NCBI GenBank assembly: GCA_015680685.1
Contig: MNCI01000651.1
Span: 1,541,832-1,605,831, forward strand
DNA length: 64,000 nt
Direction: 5' to 3'
Origin: Gnetum montanum
Lineage: Eukaryota; Plantae; Gnetophyta
Part shown: positions 12,990-24,226 of the stretch, one piece after another
Layout of the letters: each line of letters opens with the position of its first letter
How positions within the stretch are numbered: the stretch's first letter is position 1
Translations under genes and position numbers: made by a program
The notes under the pieces: generated by a model
What the model was told of the DNA's origin: nothing
What the model saw: only the letters and a program-made list of their open reading frames with translations
Database searches by the model: none

Positions 12990-13847
12990 ACCTAAGAGCA
13001 TTCAACCTTTGATTGTCATTTTGTCCCCTTCCACCATTTTTTTTATTTGCATTTTGTAGACAATCCTTAGCAATATGACTCCTTGAACATAGTTGGATGC
13101 CTAGGAGGATTATTTATGGGTCCTCCAAAATGTGTTTGTTTGTCTACAAATATAAGAGCACAACATTTCCCATACCTGAGGTGAGAAGGTTGGCAACCTA
13201 GGGTAGTGGTAATGCACATACCTTTTAAGCCTTTAAAATTCTTTCCTCCAAATCCTCCAAACTTTTTACTCCCTTGTTGTACCTCTACCCCATTATTATC
13301 TTGTTTTGTGCCCCTATGATCCACTGAACCTGCAACCACTTGAAGTGCTTCTCTATATTCTGTGATTTTTTGGGTTTTAATCTCCCATTGCACCCAAGGC
13401 TTTAGGCCATTCAAAAAGAGTCTGTATTTGTCTGCTTCATTGATAACAACCTGTAGATTATCAATAACATCCCCCTACTACTCCATATGATTAATCAACA
13501 CAAAGTTTTGGGCCACTGTAAGTTCATGTTTGGTGTATGAATTCAGTTATGACAGAAAAGGTACCTCCATGGGATCAACTATCTCTTGGATCATTCTCGC
13601 CTTCTCAACAATAAGCAAACACCAGAGGATTCCACCATCAACGTTCAACAACTGACCCCACACTCCCACATCTTTTCAACTGATTCATTGATTGCCTCTG
13701 CCCCATTTCTTCCACTTCTATTGAAACATCTTCTATAATCAGTGCATCATCAAGAACAAGACCAAGATCTCCTCTCTTAACCTTCTTCATGCTGTCTATC
13801 ACAAGTTACTATCTTCCACTAGAGCCAAAACCTGTCTTTGATACCAT
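12990..13847 (-). mobile_element. Ty3/gypsy gag remnant with tRNA-Met PBS
   Basis: LFLNGLKPWVQWEIKTQKITEYREALQV gag-like segment; minus-strand TGGTATCAAAG PBS at 13837-13847. Confidence 0.65.
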
Positions 13848-14930
13848 GTGCTAAAAGAAGCAACATCTAGTTCCATCCGAATCAAAGTTAAATCCAATAG
13901 AGCAGTTGTGGCCAGTATATGAAAAGCAGATGTTCATCATTGTGCATTGTCTTTGTACTTGGCAACACTATCTCCTAGGTGGCCCTATGGTAGTCAAAAT
14001 AGACCATAGAACCACAAGCTACCTTCTCACTCATTCAAAGTTAAAATCAAAGTAGGCCATATGGTTGACAAGAATTTGACCTTCAGTTTGTTTAATGGTC
14101 AAATGTGGTGGCATATGCTTTCAACTGTTGACCTCAATGTGCTCAATGGAAGTTGTTGGACAGCCCACTGCTTCTTCAGTAGTGCCCAACCATGACCTCC
14201 GAGAGAAAATTCTTGAAGAATTGCATTATGATCAACATGCCCAAGAATTGTTGGTGCTCCTTTTAGGTGAAGAAACTTCAAATTCCAGTGAAGCAGATGA
14301 CTTATTAATGTTCAAAAAAAATAATTTATGCACCTGATTGGGGTGGTTTGTGTTCAAAGATCATTGAAGAATATCAAAGCACACTTTGGGCTGGCCATCT
14401 AGGTCTGAAGAGAACAATAGCCTTTGTGAAAAGAAACTTCTATAGGTCAAACTTGGGTGTGGGTATGGCAAACTTTATTAGAAATTGATTGGTGTGCTAG
14501 CTTCCATGGGTGACCATTTATATGGATTTCATCTTTTGGCTTCCTACACTATGAGGCTTTTTCAGCATCCTTGTAGTTGCAGACAAGTTTTCCAATTATG
14601 CCATCTTCATTCTGTGTCCAACTCCTTGAACAACTAAAAATGTGATGGCTTTGTTCTTTGGTGATGTAATAAGATACTTTGGTATGCCTACAAGTATTGT
14701 GTCAGTCAAGGACTCTCATTTCACAAGGGCTTTTTGGCAAAGGTTGTTTGAGATGATGAGCACAAAGCTAAAAATGTTTTCAGGATATCATCCTTAGATA
14801 GATGGGTAGAGAAAGTAGGTGAATCATATTTTAGAGAAGTATTTGCAACATTTCATCCAGCTTGACCAAAGCAACTAGGTGGGGTAGTTACCTATGACAT
14901 AATTTAGTTATAACATTCAAAAATCCTCAG
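13848..14930 (+). mobile_element. Ty3/gypsy pol remnant (RNase H and integrase)
   Basis: YEKQMFIIVHCLCTWQHYLLG..VVKIDH (RNase H); MDFI..LP, VVADKFS, FGMPTSIVS.KD, GYHP*IDG (integrase core). Confidence 0.85.
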
Positions 14931-14931
14931 C

Positions 14932-15400
14932 TGTTGGAATTCAAAGTTGGTGAGTTCGTTCAAAGATAGATTACGTAGGACAAATTAGACTGGTGCAAAG
15001 CCTACCTCAATAGACCCATTCCACAAGTTTCCTAACCAATTTAAGCTTAGCAAAAAAGAACAACACAAAGGAACGGAGAAAATTTTCCCTTTTATTAAGA
15101 CAACTCTCAAAATGTAAAGAAATACATCAAGGTTGAAGAGCCAAGCTCTACTCGCACCTCTCCCAAAGATCCTAGAGGCCACACATGTCCCCTCTCAATC
15201 CTCAATTACTCACACTTGGAGATAATCAAGACAAGATACTTATAAAAGATTCTCTCAGCCTCTCTCAAATGCTCTCCCTTGCCTCTTACTCAAATGGACA
15301 CAATGACCTATTACAAGCTCTCCCTTACATGCACTCAACCTCTCTTGCACAAGCTCTCAAGAGACCTCTCAAATCTCTCACTTAACTCAACCGCTAGCTC
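14932..15400. mobile_element. LTR fragment related to 33702-34573
   Basis: Begins TGTTGG where the integrase is interrupted; shares GACCCATTCCACAA and CACATGTCCCCTCTCAATC with the 33.7-34.0 kb region. Confidence 0.6.
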
Positions 15401-15738
15401 TTGCCCCATATGAATGGGTATTATATTAGCATTCTCTCAAACACAAGAAAAGTTTGATTGCACAATTTTGTACCTAGAATGATGCTGAGATAGCTTCATG
15501 GCTCATAGAGAATGACCTGCCTTGAGCTATCACTTCTCAAAGATAGACCTAGTGGTTGGAAGATAGTGCTGCTCGGAAAAAAAAAGGTGGATGTAAAACA
15601 AGTTGGAGAAGACAAGTGGAATGAAGAATAGACCCCTTTTAAAGGGCAAAGAACCAATGTATTCATACAACTTTGGAGTTTTGGGTGATAGCACTTCCAA
15701 GCTAAAGTCCCAAAGATCCCTACTCATGCTAAGCTTCT

Positions 15739-18700
15739 TGATGAGGAGCTCCCATGGATCCCACAATCCAAGCTATCTCAATGTCACAACAATAGCAAAT
15801 TTGAACAAGAAAAGAAAATGAAAGCTTATTTCATGCTCAAATGGAGAAATTACAATTGAAAGGAAGCACAAATTCCCAAGGACAAACAAGAGATTCAATC
15901 AAATTCTCTCACACACTCAATCAAAGAAAGCATACTATCACATGGATGACAATCAAGACACCTTGCCCAGACTCTATCTCTCTCTACTCTTTTCTCAACT
16001 CACCTCTTTCTCCCTGGACTCTATTCTCCTTGAGACTAACCTTCTCCTTTCTAATTCTCTTGGACTCTTATTTATAGCTTATTGGTATGACCTTTTGTCT
16101 TTCCTCCAATTTGCCATTCAATTTGATGTCCATTAAAATCTGCATGGGATGTCTCGAAGAAGAGTGGGGTGTCTTGAGTGGGGTGTCTTGCCCAAAAGTA
16201 GCTGTTAACAGTTGGGACATCCTGACTTTGGTTGGGACATCTCAAAATCATGTGGGATGTCTTGGCTAGGACATCTCAAGTCTAGTTGGGATGCCTTGAA
16301 TGTAGTTGGGATGTCTCACCTGCAGCTAGGACATCTCACCTGCCAAGGCAAAACACAAAGATGCTCATTTTGAGGTCTAGAAACTTTGAACACCTCCAAA
16401 CAAGTCCCCATAGCCCCCGGAACCCCCTAAACTCATCAAAATAGTCCCAAAACACTCTCAAGCACGCCAAAATTCCAAGGAAATATCCCATCATTGGAGA
16501 GATGTTACATTGGCCTGTTTGATGTCCACATCAGCACCCTCCTCCTTCAAAAGACTCTTGATTCCCACACAAGAGGCCCTTACACTTGGGATAGCTATTG
16601 CCCCCTCACATTGGCCACAAGTCACACACAAAGCCAAGCACAACACACATGGAATGGTTAGATCTCACAACATTTTGTCTCTACCATCCAAACTTATTTC
16701 ACAAACACATAAACACAACACAATGTATGCATGACACACATAAACACACATACATACACAAACACAACACACTCATTCAAGATACATTGAGCATTACACA
16801 AAGGTTGGCTGATGTCCTCATGAGCTCTCCCACACTTAAAATGTCATGCTTAATGACCTTTCACAAGTTGGAAGGCATCATGCCCCCATGACTCAAGGCC
16901 ATGACACTTAGCACAATAATCAAGACTCAACACATCAAAATCAATGAAAATTATTATCATTTGAGGTTTTGGTTTTGTGCTTTTCTTGCTCATGGAGGCT
17001 TGTCCTCATGCCCCAACATGCTTTCTTTATTTGAGCATCTCTTTGGAATGCTTCTCTTGCATCCCCACGATGACTCAAACCTACAACAATTGAAGAATAA
17101 GAAAAAGCAAAAGGATTAGACTTCCTTAACCCAACATCCTTTCTTCCCTTCTTTTCCCTCTTCTTCACCTTCTTCTTCTTGGTATTTGGAAGACCCTCAC
17201 TTAGCTTCCTTTTACCATCAGGACCACAATGGATATTGTCTTCATGCTACTCATCCATTTCACAGCCAAGACAATCAAATTCATCACTATCAATGTTCTC
17301 ACCAACATCAATAATGATCTTCTAACAAGGACTATGCCAATAGCCATCATCATCAAACAAATTACCATTATTAGTCTTCCTCTCACTAACAATGGCATCA
17401 AAAGTCACATTGCTTTCATCACACACAACATGACTCACAATTTTATCACACTCACCATAATGATCATGATGCACATTATTACCATTGAACAAACCACTAC
17501 CAAGCTGAAGTGAAAAACTAGCATCCATCAAACTAGCTTCAACATTAGAGACATTACTACAATTTGCAAGGTAAAGCTCAGACTCACTTACCTCTTCATG
17601 GCTCCTCCCATCTATCTTTGGTCCAACTTGATCTTCAACATGTGATTGTCCAATCTCATCAAAGCTTGAAGGTTCAAGATCCCAAATAGGAGTTCCCAAT
17701 TCCAATGGCTTCTCCTCTTCAAAGGAATCATCAACAAGCTCTTCATCCCATTTTAGAGGTACCAACTCAAAAGGTAAACTCTCCTCCATGGCTTTAACAT
17801 CAAATTCATCAAAAACATCATCAAAGCAATCATTCTTCCACATACCTTGGCTAGAAAATTCACCTCTCTCCCATGAGATAGCCTCAACTTGGCTTAGAAT
17901 CTCCTTTCCCTTGCCACAAGGTATAGAACAATTGCAAAAGGAATGAGTTTCATACCTTCTAGTGCTACCTTTGATCTTTCTTGAAGAAATTCCTTCATCT
18001 TTGCTATTTCTTTGGCTTTGATCCTTCACCTCCCATGACTTATGAGGTAGGAACTCTTCTTGATCAGCAACGTACAACATCTTGGACCTTGAAGATCTCT
18101 TGGTCCCTTTGATGAAGCCCTTGGTTTCCTTCCTTGAAACCTTTGAGCATTGAACACTCCTTTGCTCAATAAGAGATACTTGAGAACTCATTTTCTCATT
18201 GATCTCTACTTCACCAAACCTTACATCTTCTTCCTTTCCTTGATGGCCAAAAGATATTCTCTTAATTCTCCTCAAAACATCTTTCAAGTTAGTCTTTAAT
18301 TCCTTTATATCTCTTGACAAATCTTGAACTACCTTCTTCTTCACAGGCATAATGGAAAATGACCTAAAAGGTAATTCTCACAAAATTGTACAAGAAAAAG
18401 TGAAATTTTCAAGACTTCTTAAAGAATGGAACAAGAAATACTCAAATCTTAAGAGAAATGAGCATAAGATGTTCAAATCCTAGCTATTACAAGCCAATGG
18501 ATGTCCAATTCCATAATTATCTTCCAATTCATGAATGATATGATAAACTTAGGGATTAGAGGGAAATTCTTGGCAAGAGAGAATTCATCCAAGCTTGAGA
18601 ATTTGAAATGATTCTTGGCAATTGACATGAGAATTATCCACTTGAATACAATTGTCTTCAATTCCAAGTAGCTCTAATACCAATCTGATGAGGAGCTCCC

Positions 18701-19518
18701 ATCGATTCCACAATCCAAGCTATCTCAATGTCCCAGAAATAGCATATTTGAACAAGAAAAGAAAATGAAAGCTTATTTCTTACTCAAATGGAGAAATTAC
18801 AGCTGAAAGGAAGCACAAATTCCCAAGGACAAATGAGATTCAACCAAATTCTCACACACACACTCAATCAAAGAAAGCACACTCTCACATGGATGATGAT
18901 CAAGGCACCTTGCCAAGACTCTATCTCTCTTTACTCTTCTCTCAACTCACCTCTCTCTCCATGGACTCTCCTCTTTGAGACTAACCTTCTCCATTCTAGT
19001 TAGCCTAATTAGCATTCTCCATTGGACTCCTATTTATAGTTTCTTGGTGTGACCTTTTGTCTTCCCTCTAATTTGCCATTCAATTTGATGTCCATTATAA
19101 TCTGCATGGGACGTCTCAAAGAAGAATGGAATGTCTCACCTGAAAGTGGATGTTAAGAGCTGGGACATCCTAACTCTAGCTGGACATCTCGAGTCTAGTT
19201 GGGAAATCTCAAAATCATGTGGGACGTCTTGGCTGGGACGTCTCAAGTCTAGCTAGGACACCTTGAATGCAGATGGAATGTCTCACCTAGCTAGGAGGCA
19301 TCACTTGCAACTAGGACATCTCACTTGCCATGGCAAAACACAAAGATGCTCATTTTGAGGTCTAGAAACTCCAGACACCTCCAAACAAGTCTTCATAGCC
19401 CCTGAAACCTCCTAAACTCATGTAAATAGTCCCAAAACACTCTCAAACATGCCAAAACTCCAGGGAAAGATCCCATTATTGAAGAGATGTTACATTGGCT
19501 GATTTAATGTCCACGTCA
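15739..19518 (-). mobile_element. Non-autonomous LTR retrotransposon (two ~0.8-kb LTRs, ~2.15-kb internal region, no pol)
   Basis: LTRs 15739-16533 and 18686-19518 (TGATG...TCA); PBS TGGTATTAGAGC (minus) 18671-18682; PPT-like GAAGGAGGAGGGTGC next to 16533. Confidence 0.9.
17322..18350 (-). CDS. 342-aa low-complexity ORF inside the non-autonomous LTR element; unknown function
   Basis: Uninterrupted ORF on the element's sense strand downstream of the PBS; the same frame continues through stops to 16941. Confidence 0.5.
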   Translation of the reverse strand: MPVKKKVVQDLSRDIKELKTNLKDVLRRIKRISFGHQGKEEDVRFGEVEINEKMSSQVSLIEQRSVQCSKVSRKETKGFIKGTKRSSRSKMLYVADQEEFLPHKSWEVKDQSQRNSKDEGISSRKIKGSTRRYETHSFCNCSIPCGKGKEILSQVEAISWERGEFSSQGMWKNDCFDDVFDEFDVKAMEESLPFELVPLKWDEELVDDSFEEEKPLELGTPIWDLEPSSFDEIGQSHVEDQVGPKIDGRSHEEVSESELYLANCSNVSNVEASLMDASFSLQLGSGLFNGNNVHHDHYGECDKIVSHVVCDESNVTFDAIVSERKTNNGNLFDDDGYWHSPC

Positions 19519-21034
19519 GCTCCACTATGCACTAGGAACAATTCCTCTAAAATATGCGGTAACCTCCCCTTGGATGCAAAGGATCAACTCTACAATCTTG
19601 TATCACTACAAGGGGTAGAGAACCAACTCGCATCTTAAGCTAGTAGATTTCGCTCCAAATAGAAAGGTTGGTACAATTTGCATGAAAAAAAGCAAACCTT
19701 TTCTTCCTCAACCTGGCTTGCACAAACCTCTATGAGCATTTGTTAGACATCAAGTTGAATTCAACTCTTGTGCTTTACAAGTGAATAACCCTAGCCATTG
19801 AACTTTCTTGTCTACAATTGTTGGATGGTCTTTTAAGTGTTTAATTCCCTCAAAATCCATTTTACTCCCCATGTTTGAGAATTATATGAATGACAACTTA
19901 AGCTCCAAGGAAGTTGCTTCTTTCAAGCAAAGGATAGTGTAAGAAAGTATGCCTTGTTGTAGGTTCGAAGGTTGCTTCCTTATGGAACAAGGGCTAGAGG
20001 AGTGTTGAGATCCAATCAAATTCAATTCTAACTTAACCATCTATTAATTTGATCTAATGACTGACTGAAATTGAATTTTGAAATTTTGGAGAGAAATTGA
20101 TGAAAAATTATGAATATTTGAATATTTGTTTGAATGACTCTTGGACTTCTTTGAGATTAAGATTCTAAAACTGAAATAAGTTTAAATAAATATTAATGAA
20201 GTTAATTCTTTGTAACAGTAGATGAATGATGAATATTGTGATGGGTGAAAACATTGAGTGATTGATGATGTTGAGAGAGTACATATTTGATGAGAGCAAT
20301 CTTGGTGAAAACAATGTTTGTGAATAACTGAGAATTAAACTTGGAGAAGATGAAAAGATGAAAGAGAGTGATGAGAGCTTGATAACATTCGTAACCAGCC
20401 TTTAGTACATGAAAAACAAAGCATTACAACATGTGTGGCTTTGGAATTTATAGAAAATGATTAGGGCCATACTAAGGGGTAATAAAAAGTTATTCCCCAA
20501 TAAAAACAAATAAATTTCTGAAAAATAAGTATGAATTGGGATCAAAATAGAGTACATCTGCCCATCAATTAGTACAAAAAAATAAAATAATTTGATTTTT
20601 GGCTTTTTGTAATAAAAGAGAAAAATTGGATTCATGTATTTAGCTCTTTGTCTTCATGCTGAAACATTACTTGCAATGTACACTATTGTTAACACCATCA
20701 TCTCCGCCCTCTTTAGAACTACATAACCCTGATCCCTTGTGTACAAAATTCCAAGAACATGTAGACAACCTAGGCTTTAGCTTTAGGCACGAAGACCTTC
20801 CCTACTTTTTGGGGCACCTCTTAGCTGTCCAATTCTTGACCTATATAAACTGCATCACTAAGTCTAGTGGTTTTAACAGGTGGATTCCATTTTGCTTAAA
20901 CCTAACCCAAAATAGCTTATAAAGAGGTGCTTGCTCTTTCCATATCTGATATACTAGATGAATCAGTTGACTGCACTTCTTTTGGGTTGTTTCTATGGCA
21001 TCCTACAAGCACACACTTCTTTCTTATTTCTATC

Positions 21035-21319
21035 ACATTAACTCTAAGCATTTGCATCTTGAAGGCTAGCAAAGATTATGTACACTAAATTAATAAGAGT
21101 GAAAATTATCAGAAATTGAAAAGAACATAATTACAAGAGTTAACTTCTACTTATTATGGCCCTTAAAGTGATTATATTGCATTAGCTCTAGGCATCTGCA
21201 TCTCAAAGGCTAACAAAAATTAAGTACAGTAAATTATAAAGAGCAAAAGATATCAGAATGTGAGAAGAAAACAATTACCAGAATGAAATTCTACTTCTTA
21301 CAGCCCTTAAAAGTGATTA
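21035..21319. repeat. Diverged ~145-bp tandem duplication
   Basis: CTAAGCATTTGCATCTTGAAGGCTAGC...CCCTTAAAGTGATTA recurs as CTAGGCATCTGCATCTCAAAGGCTAAC...CCCTTAAAAGTGATTA. Confidence 0.8.
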
Positions 21320-21403
21320 GATAATTTGAAGAAAGCAACAATCACTGGAAAATTGATAGCCTAAAAATACATAATCAGGAAATATTCAGAACTCTCAACT
21401 CAC

Positions 21404-21497
21404 ATGATGTATGTCCACTGGGGAAGCTCTTATGTCCCTCCTTGATATCAGCATGGTGTCCATTACAGATAACATCCAGGCTAATGGGATCATAATT
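21404..21497 (-). CDS. LPP: LPP coding exon 4 (catalytic motif C2)
   Basis: cag|NYDPISLDVICNGHHADIKEGHKSFPSGHTS(W)|gtgagt; 94 nt; PSGH motif. Confidence 0.95.
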
Positions 21498-21595
21498 CTG
21501 ATATATCAGGAACCAAACAAGTTTTCATCTTATAACTAATTTCAAAGATAAGATGCTATTTAACTTGAAGCAAACCCCAAAAACAAATTATCAAC

Positions 21596-21705
21596 CTCAA
21601 TTCCCTCTGGAAAGCATCGCCAGTAGAAGTCAGGTCGAGGTCGGCCAACTGCATCTTTTATAGAATCTGTAATAACTGCCGTCAAAAGTACTGAGAATAA
21701 AAGAC
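21596..21705 (-). CDS. LPP: LPP coding exon 3 (catalytic motif C1)
   Basis: cag|(G)[36 protein letters not shown]|gt; 110 nt, phase-consistent; KxxxxxxRP motif. Confidence 0.95.
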
Positions 21706-21821
21706 CTGTATACAAGTTGCAAAGCCGTATGAGAAGATTCTATGTACTTGTGTGAAGCCTAAATGTAAAAGAAAATTATTGAAACAGATTCCAAATCATA
21801 ATAACGTAGCAGTAAGAGAAC

Positions 21822-21909
21822 CTAATACTGCATGATGAAGATCTTGAACATTTCGTCTGCGATAGTAGTAGACAAGAAATACTGAAATTGGTACCAAAAT
21901 TGCCAATAT
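21822..21909 (-). CDS. LPP: LPP coding exon 2
   Basis: cag|ILAILVPISVFLVYYYRRRNVQDLHHAVL(G)|gt; 88 nt; DLHHAxLG motif. Confidence 0.92.
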
Positions 21910-22067
21910 CTGCCAACAGCACAATGTGATGCAGTAAAATAATTGCAATATCATAAAAGCCATATAATAGTAAAAACTATTCCATTTTGAAATTATGCAT
22001 TTACTGTTCAAGACACTGATTACATTTTAAAGGATAATCCTTAAAAGGGGTATGGTTGATTACATAC

Positions 22068-22253
22068 CGGTACAGCCCAAAATGGAACTGTATTTCCTTT
22101 GAAAGGGTATCTGAGATCAATCATCATGTCTCTTCCCACAAAACGATAAAATGGTGGCACCCATATATAGAGAATTGCTTCTATCACCACAAGTCCAAAA
22201 ATCATAAGCCAGTCATGCCTGTGATGCTTGATTCTATCTGTGAACTGGGACAT
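22068..22253 (-). CDS. LPP: Lipid phosphate phosphatase (PAP2 family), coding exon 1
   Basis: ATG at 22253; [62 protein letters not shown] matches the plant LPP N-terminus (HDWL, PFx[18 protein letters not shown]); donor GTATGT follows; 186 nt, phase 0. Confidence 0.92.
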
Positions 22254-22869
22254 TGTAAGCTGTATCAAATCTGCTTCCTGTTTTAAGATGATAAATATTA
22301 GTTAAAGGTATCTCTCAAGATTGTGCTGATTAAATTGTTCTCAAGTCCTTATCATTCAAATGCTATTTCCCAGATCATTTAACAGAGAAGCCTTAAAACC
22401 ATAAATGCATTTATCTATTTCTTTTGATCATCATCATCCTAGTCATGTCCCAACAAAATAGAGTTGGTTACAAATGTATTTATCTATTTATGTCTATGTA
22501 TATCTGTGTATATCATGAGAGAATTGAAGTTCATAGTTCATACATTATAATGATATATGCTTCAGCTAAGTTCTCTATGTAAACAACCAGAAATATTATT
22601 AGCAAGCACAGAAGGATTTGAAAACCTTAAACACACAGTGCTTGAAATTTATAGAGAAACCATGAAAGGATAAAATCTCAGGAAATCTTTGGAAAGAAGT
22701 GCATTCTGCATCTTCCATAAAGTCTTGCAGTCTGCAGAGGTCTCTCTACTTTCTAATATGCACAAACACTAGAACCATTAGCATAAACTTTCAATCTTTA
22801 TGTTTCAAGTTCTGAACAAGAGCTTTATAAAGTTTCTAGCATGAATTAATAATTCTAATAAATGTCGTG

Positions 22870-23740
22870 ATTATAATATGGTACATACATCGAGAGTCGG
22901 AGAGAGGGACCCCTTGAGTAGGCAGAAAATCAGAAATCAAGAGGAGGGAACTCCCCTACCCTAACCAAAAGTCGTTAGGAAAACAAAAATTAACTAAATC
23001 AGCTAGGTACAAGATAATACCACAAATGGGTCCCACATCATGCCCATGATTTCCCCTAAATATCAAAAACCAACAGTAAATGTTCTTTCCAATTCTTAAA
23101 AAACGACAAGCCATCAAGGAAAAGGCAGAAATCTACAACCACAAATGGGCCTTTCCTGCCCATGCACTCTATCCAGAATGCCACATTCCTGCTGGGAACT
23201 GATAAAGTTGGCATCCTGCTGAAAGGTCTAGAACCTTTCCTCCCTCCAACTCTTATGATCTTCATCGAGGCCTTGTGCCTTATCCGGGTGGAGAGATAAG
23301 GACATCTGCCTGATATAAGAATCGAGGATGGGCCAAGGGATCTGGCAATTAATCCCAAGGGCAACATAAGGGTGTTTACCTGCCCTAAACCAGTTCCTGG
23401 TATCAAATTCATGATGAACCATGAAATGTTGTCTAATCTCTTGTTGTTCCCATTCCTCCCTATTCCACATGAGCTGTGCCTGCTGAGAAACCCTCCTAAA
23501 TTGAGCCTCTTATTCTCTTCCCATGTGTTCCTCCTCTCTCTGCATCTATCCTTCCTCTGCCTTTCTTCATTGCTCCTGCAGCACCCTATGCCTCTCCAAT
23601 TCCCCCTCCTACATCAATTCCTCTTGGATGTGCCCTCTAAGCTAAGCCTCCGGGCAGGATCCTTTTACAGTTGTGTTCCTTTGTGTAATGACCCTCTTCT
23701 TTTGTCCTTGGGCCCTTGCATATTTCCTTTTGTTTGTGTA
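22870..23740 (-). mobile_element. LINE copy D (3' end only): coiled coil plus J-domain with intact HPD
   Basis: E/R/Q-rich helix, then HPYVALGINCQIPWPILDSYIRQMSLSLHPDKAQGLDEDHKSWREERF*TFQQDANFI...ILDRVHGQE, homologous to the C-termini of copies A and C; G/T-rich 3' UTR. Confidence 0.8.
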
Positions 23741-23973
23741 TGATGTGTTTGTGTGAGTATGCTTGGTTTGGACAATAAAAAATGAAAGGTCACAACTGGT
23801 CACACCAATTAGTCGTGACCCTCATCTTTCATTTATATAAGAACTGTGCCCCTCCTTCCCTATCCCATGTTTCCCTAATGATGAGGATCTCATCGTTGAA
23901 ATGTTCAACAAAAGGCTGTGATTCCATTGCTTTAATTTTATGTTTCAGGTTTAGCAATCAGCTTCCTTTAAGT

Positions 23974-23994
23974 AAGAGAGAGAGAGAGAGAGAG
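23974..23994. repeat. (AG)n microsatellite
   Basis: Run of AG dinucleotides. Confidence 0.9.
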
Positions 23995-24132
23995 CTTTAA
24001 TACGGTTTGTGAATATGTTTTTATGAATCGATGCATATGAAATCAGAAATCAGAAATCCTTGTGCACTGAGCCTAAATGAAATGTTTGCATTTGCAAATT
24101 TTCCGATGTGTAGATTATTGAAGCAGTTATGG

Positions 24133-24226
24133 ATAGATCTGAATTCTTGATTTGTAGATGAATTATCATGGCAAAATCTCATAGATCTGAATTCTTGATT
24201 TGTAGATGAATTATCATGGCAAAATC
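24133..24226. repeat. Exact 46-bp direct repeat, period 48
   Basis: ATAGATCTGAATTCTTGATTTGTAGATGAATTATCATGGCAAAATC at 24133 and 24181. Confidence 0.9.

Noticed and set aside
15734-19523. TSD for the 15739-19518 element
   Set aside because: The flanks CTTCT and GCTCC do not match without a 1-nt shift plus a mismatch, so no TSD is claimed
19520-20400. Possible hAT or gypsy coding remnant
   Set aside because: No motif could be read with confidence in any frame
23114-23470. HPD-containing ORF as a host DnaJ gene or processed pseudogene
   Set aside because: Homologous blocks sit at the same position inside LINE copies A and C, within the poly(A)/TSD limits, so it is part of the element
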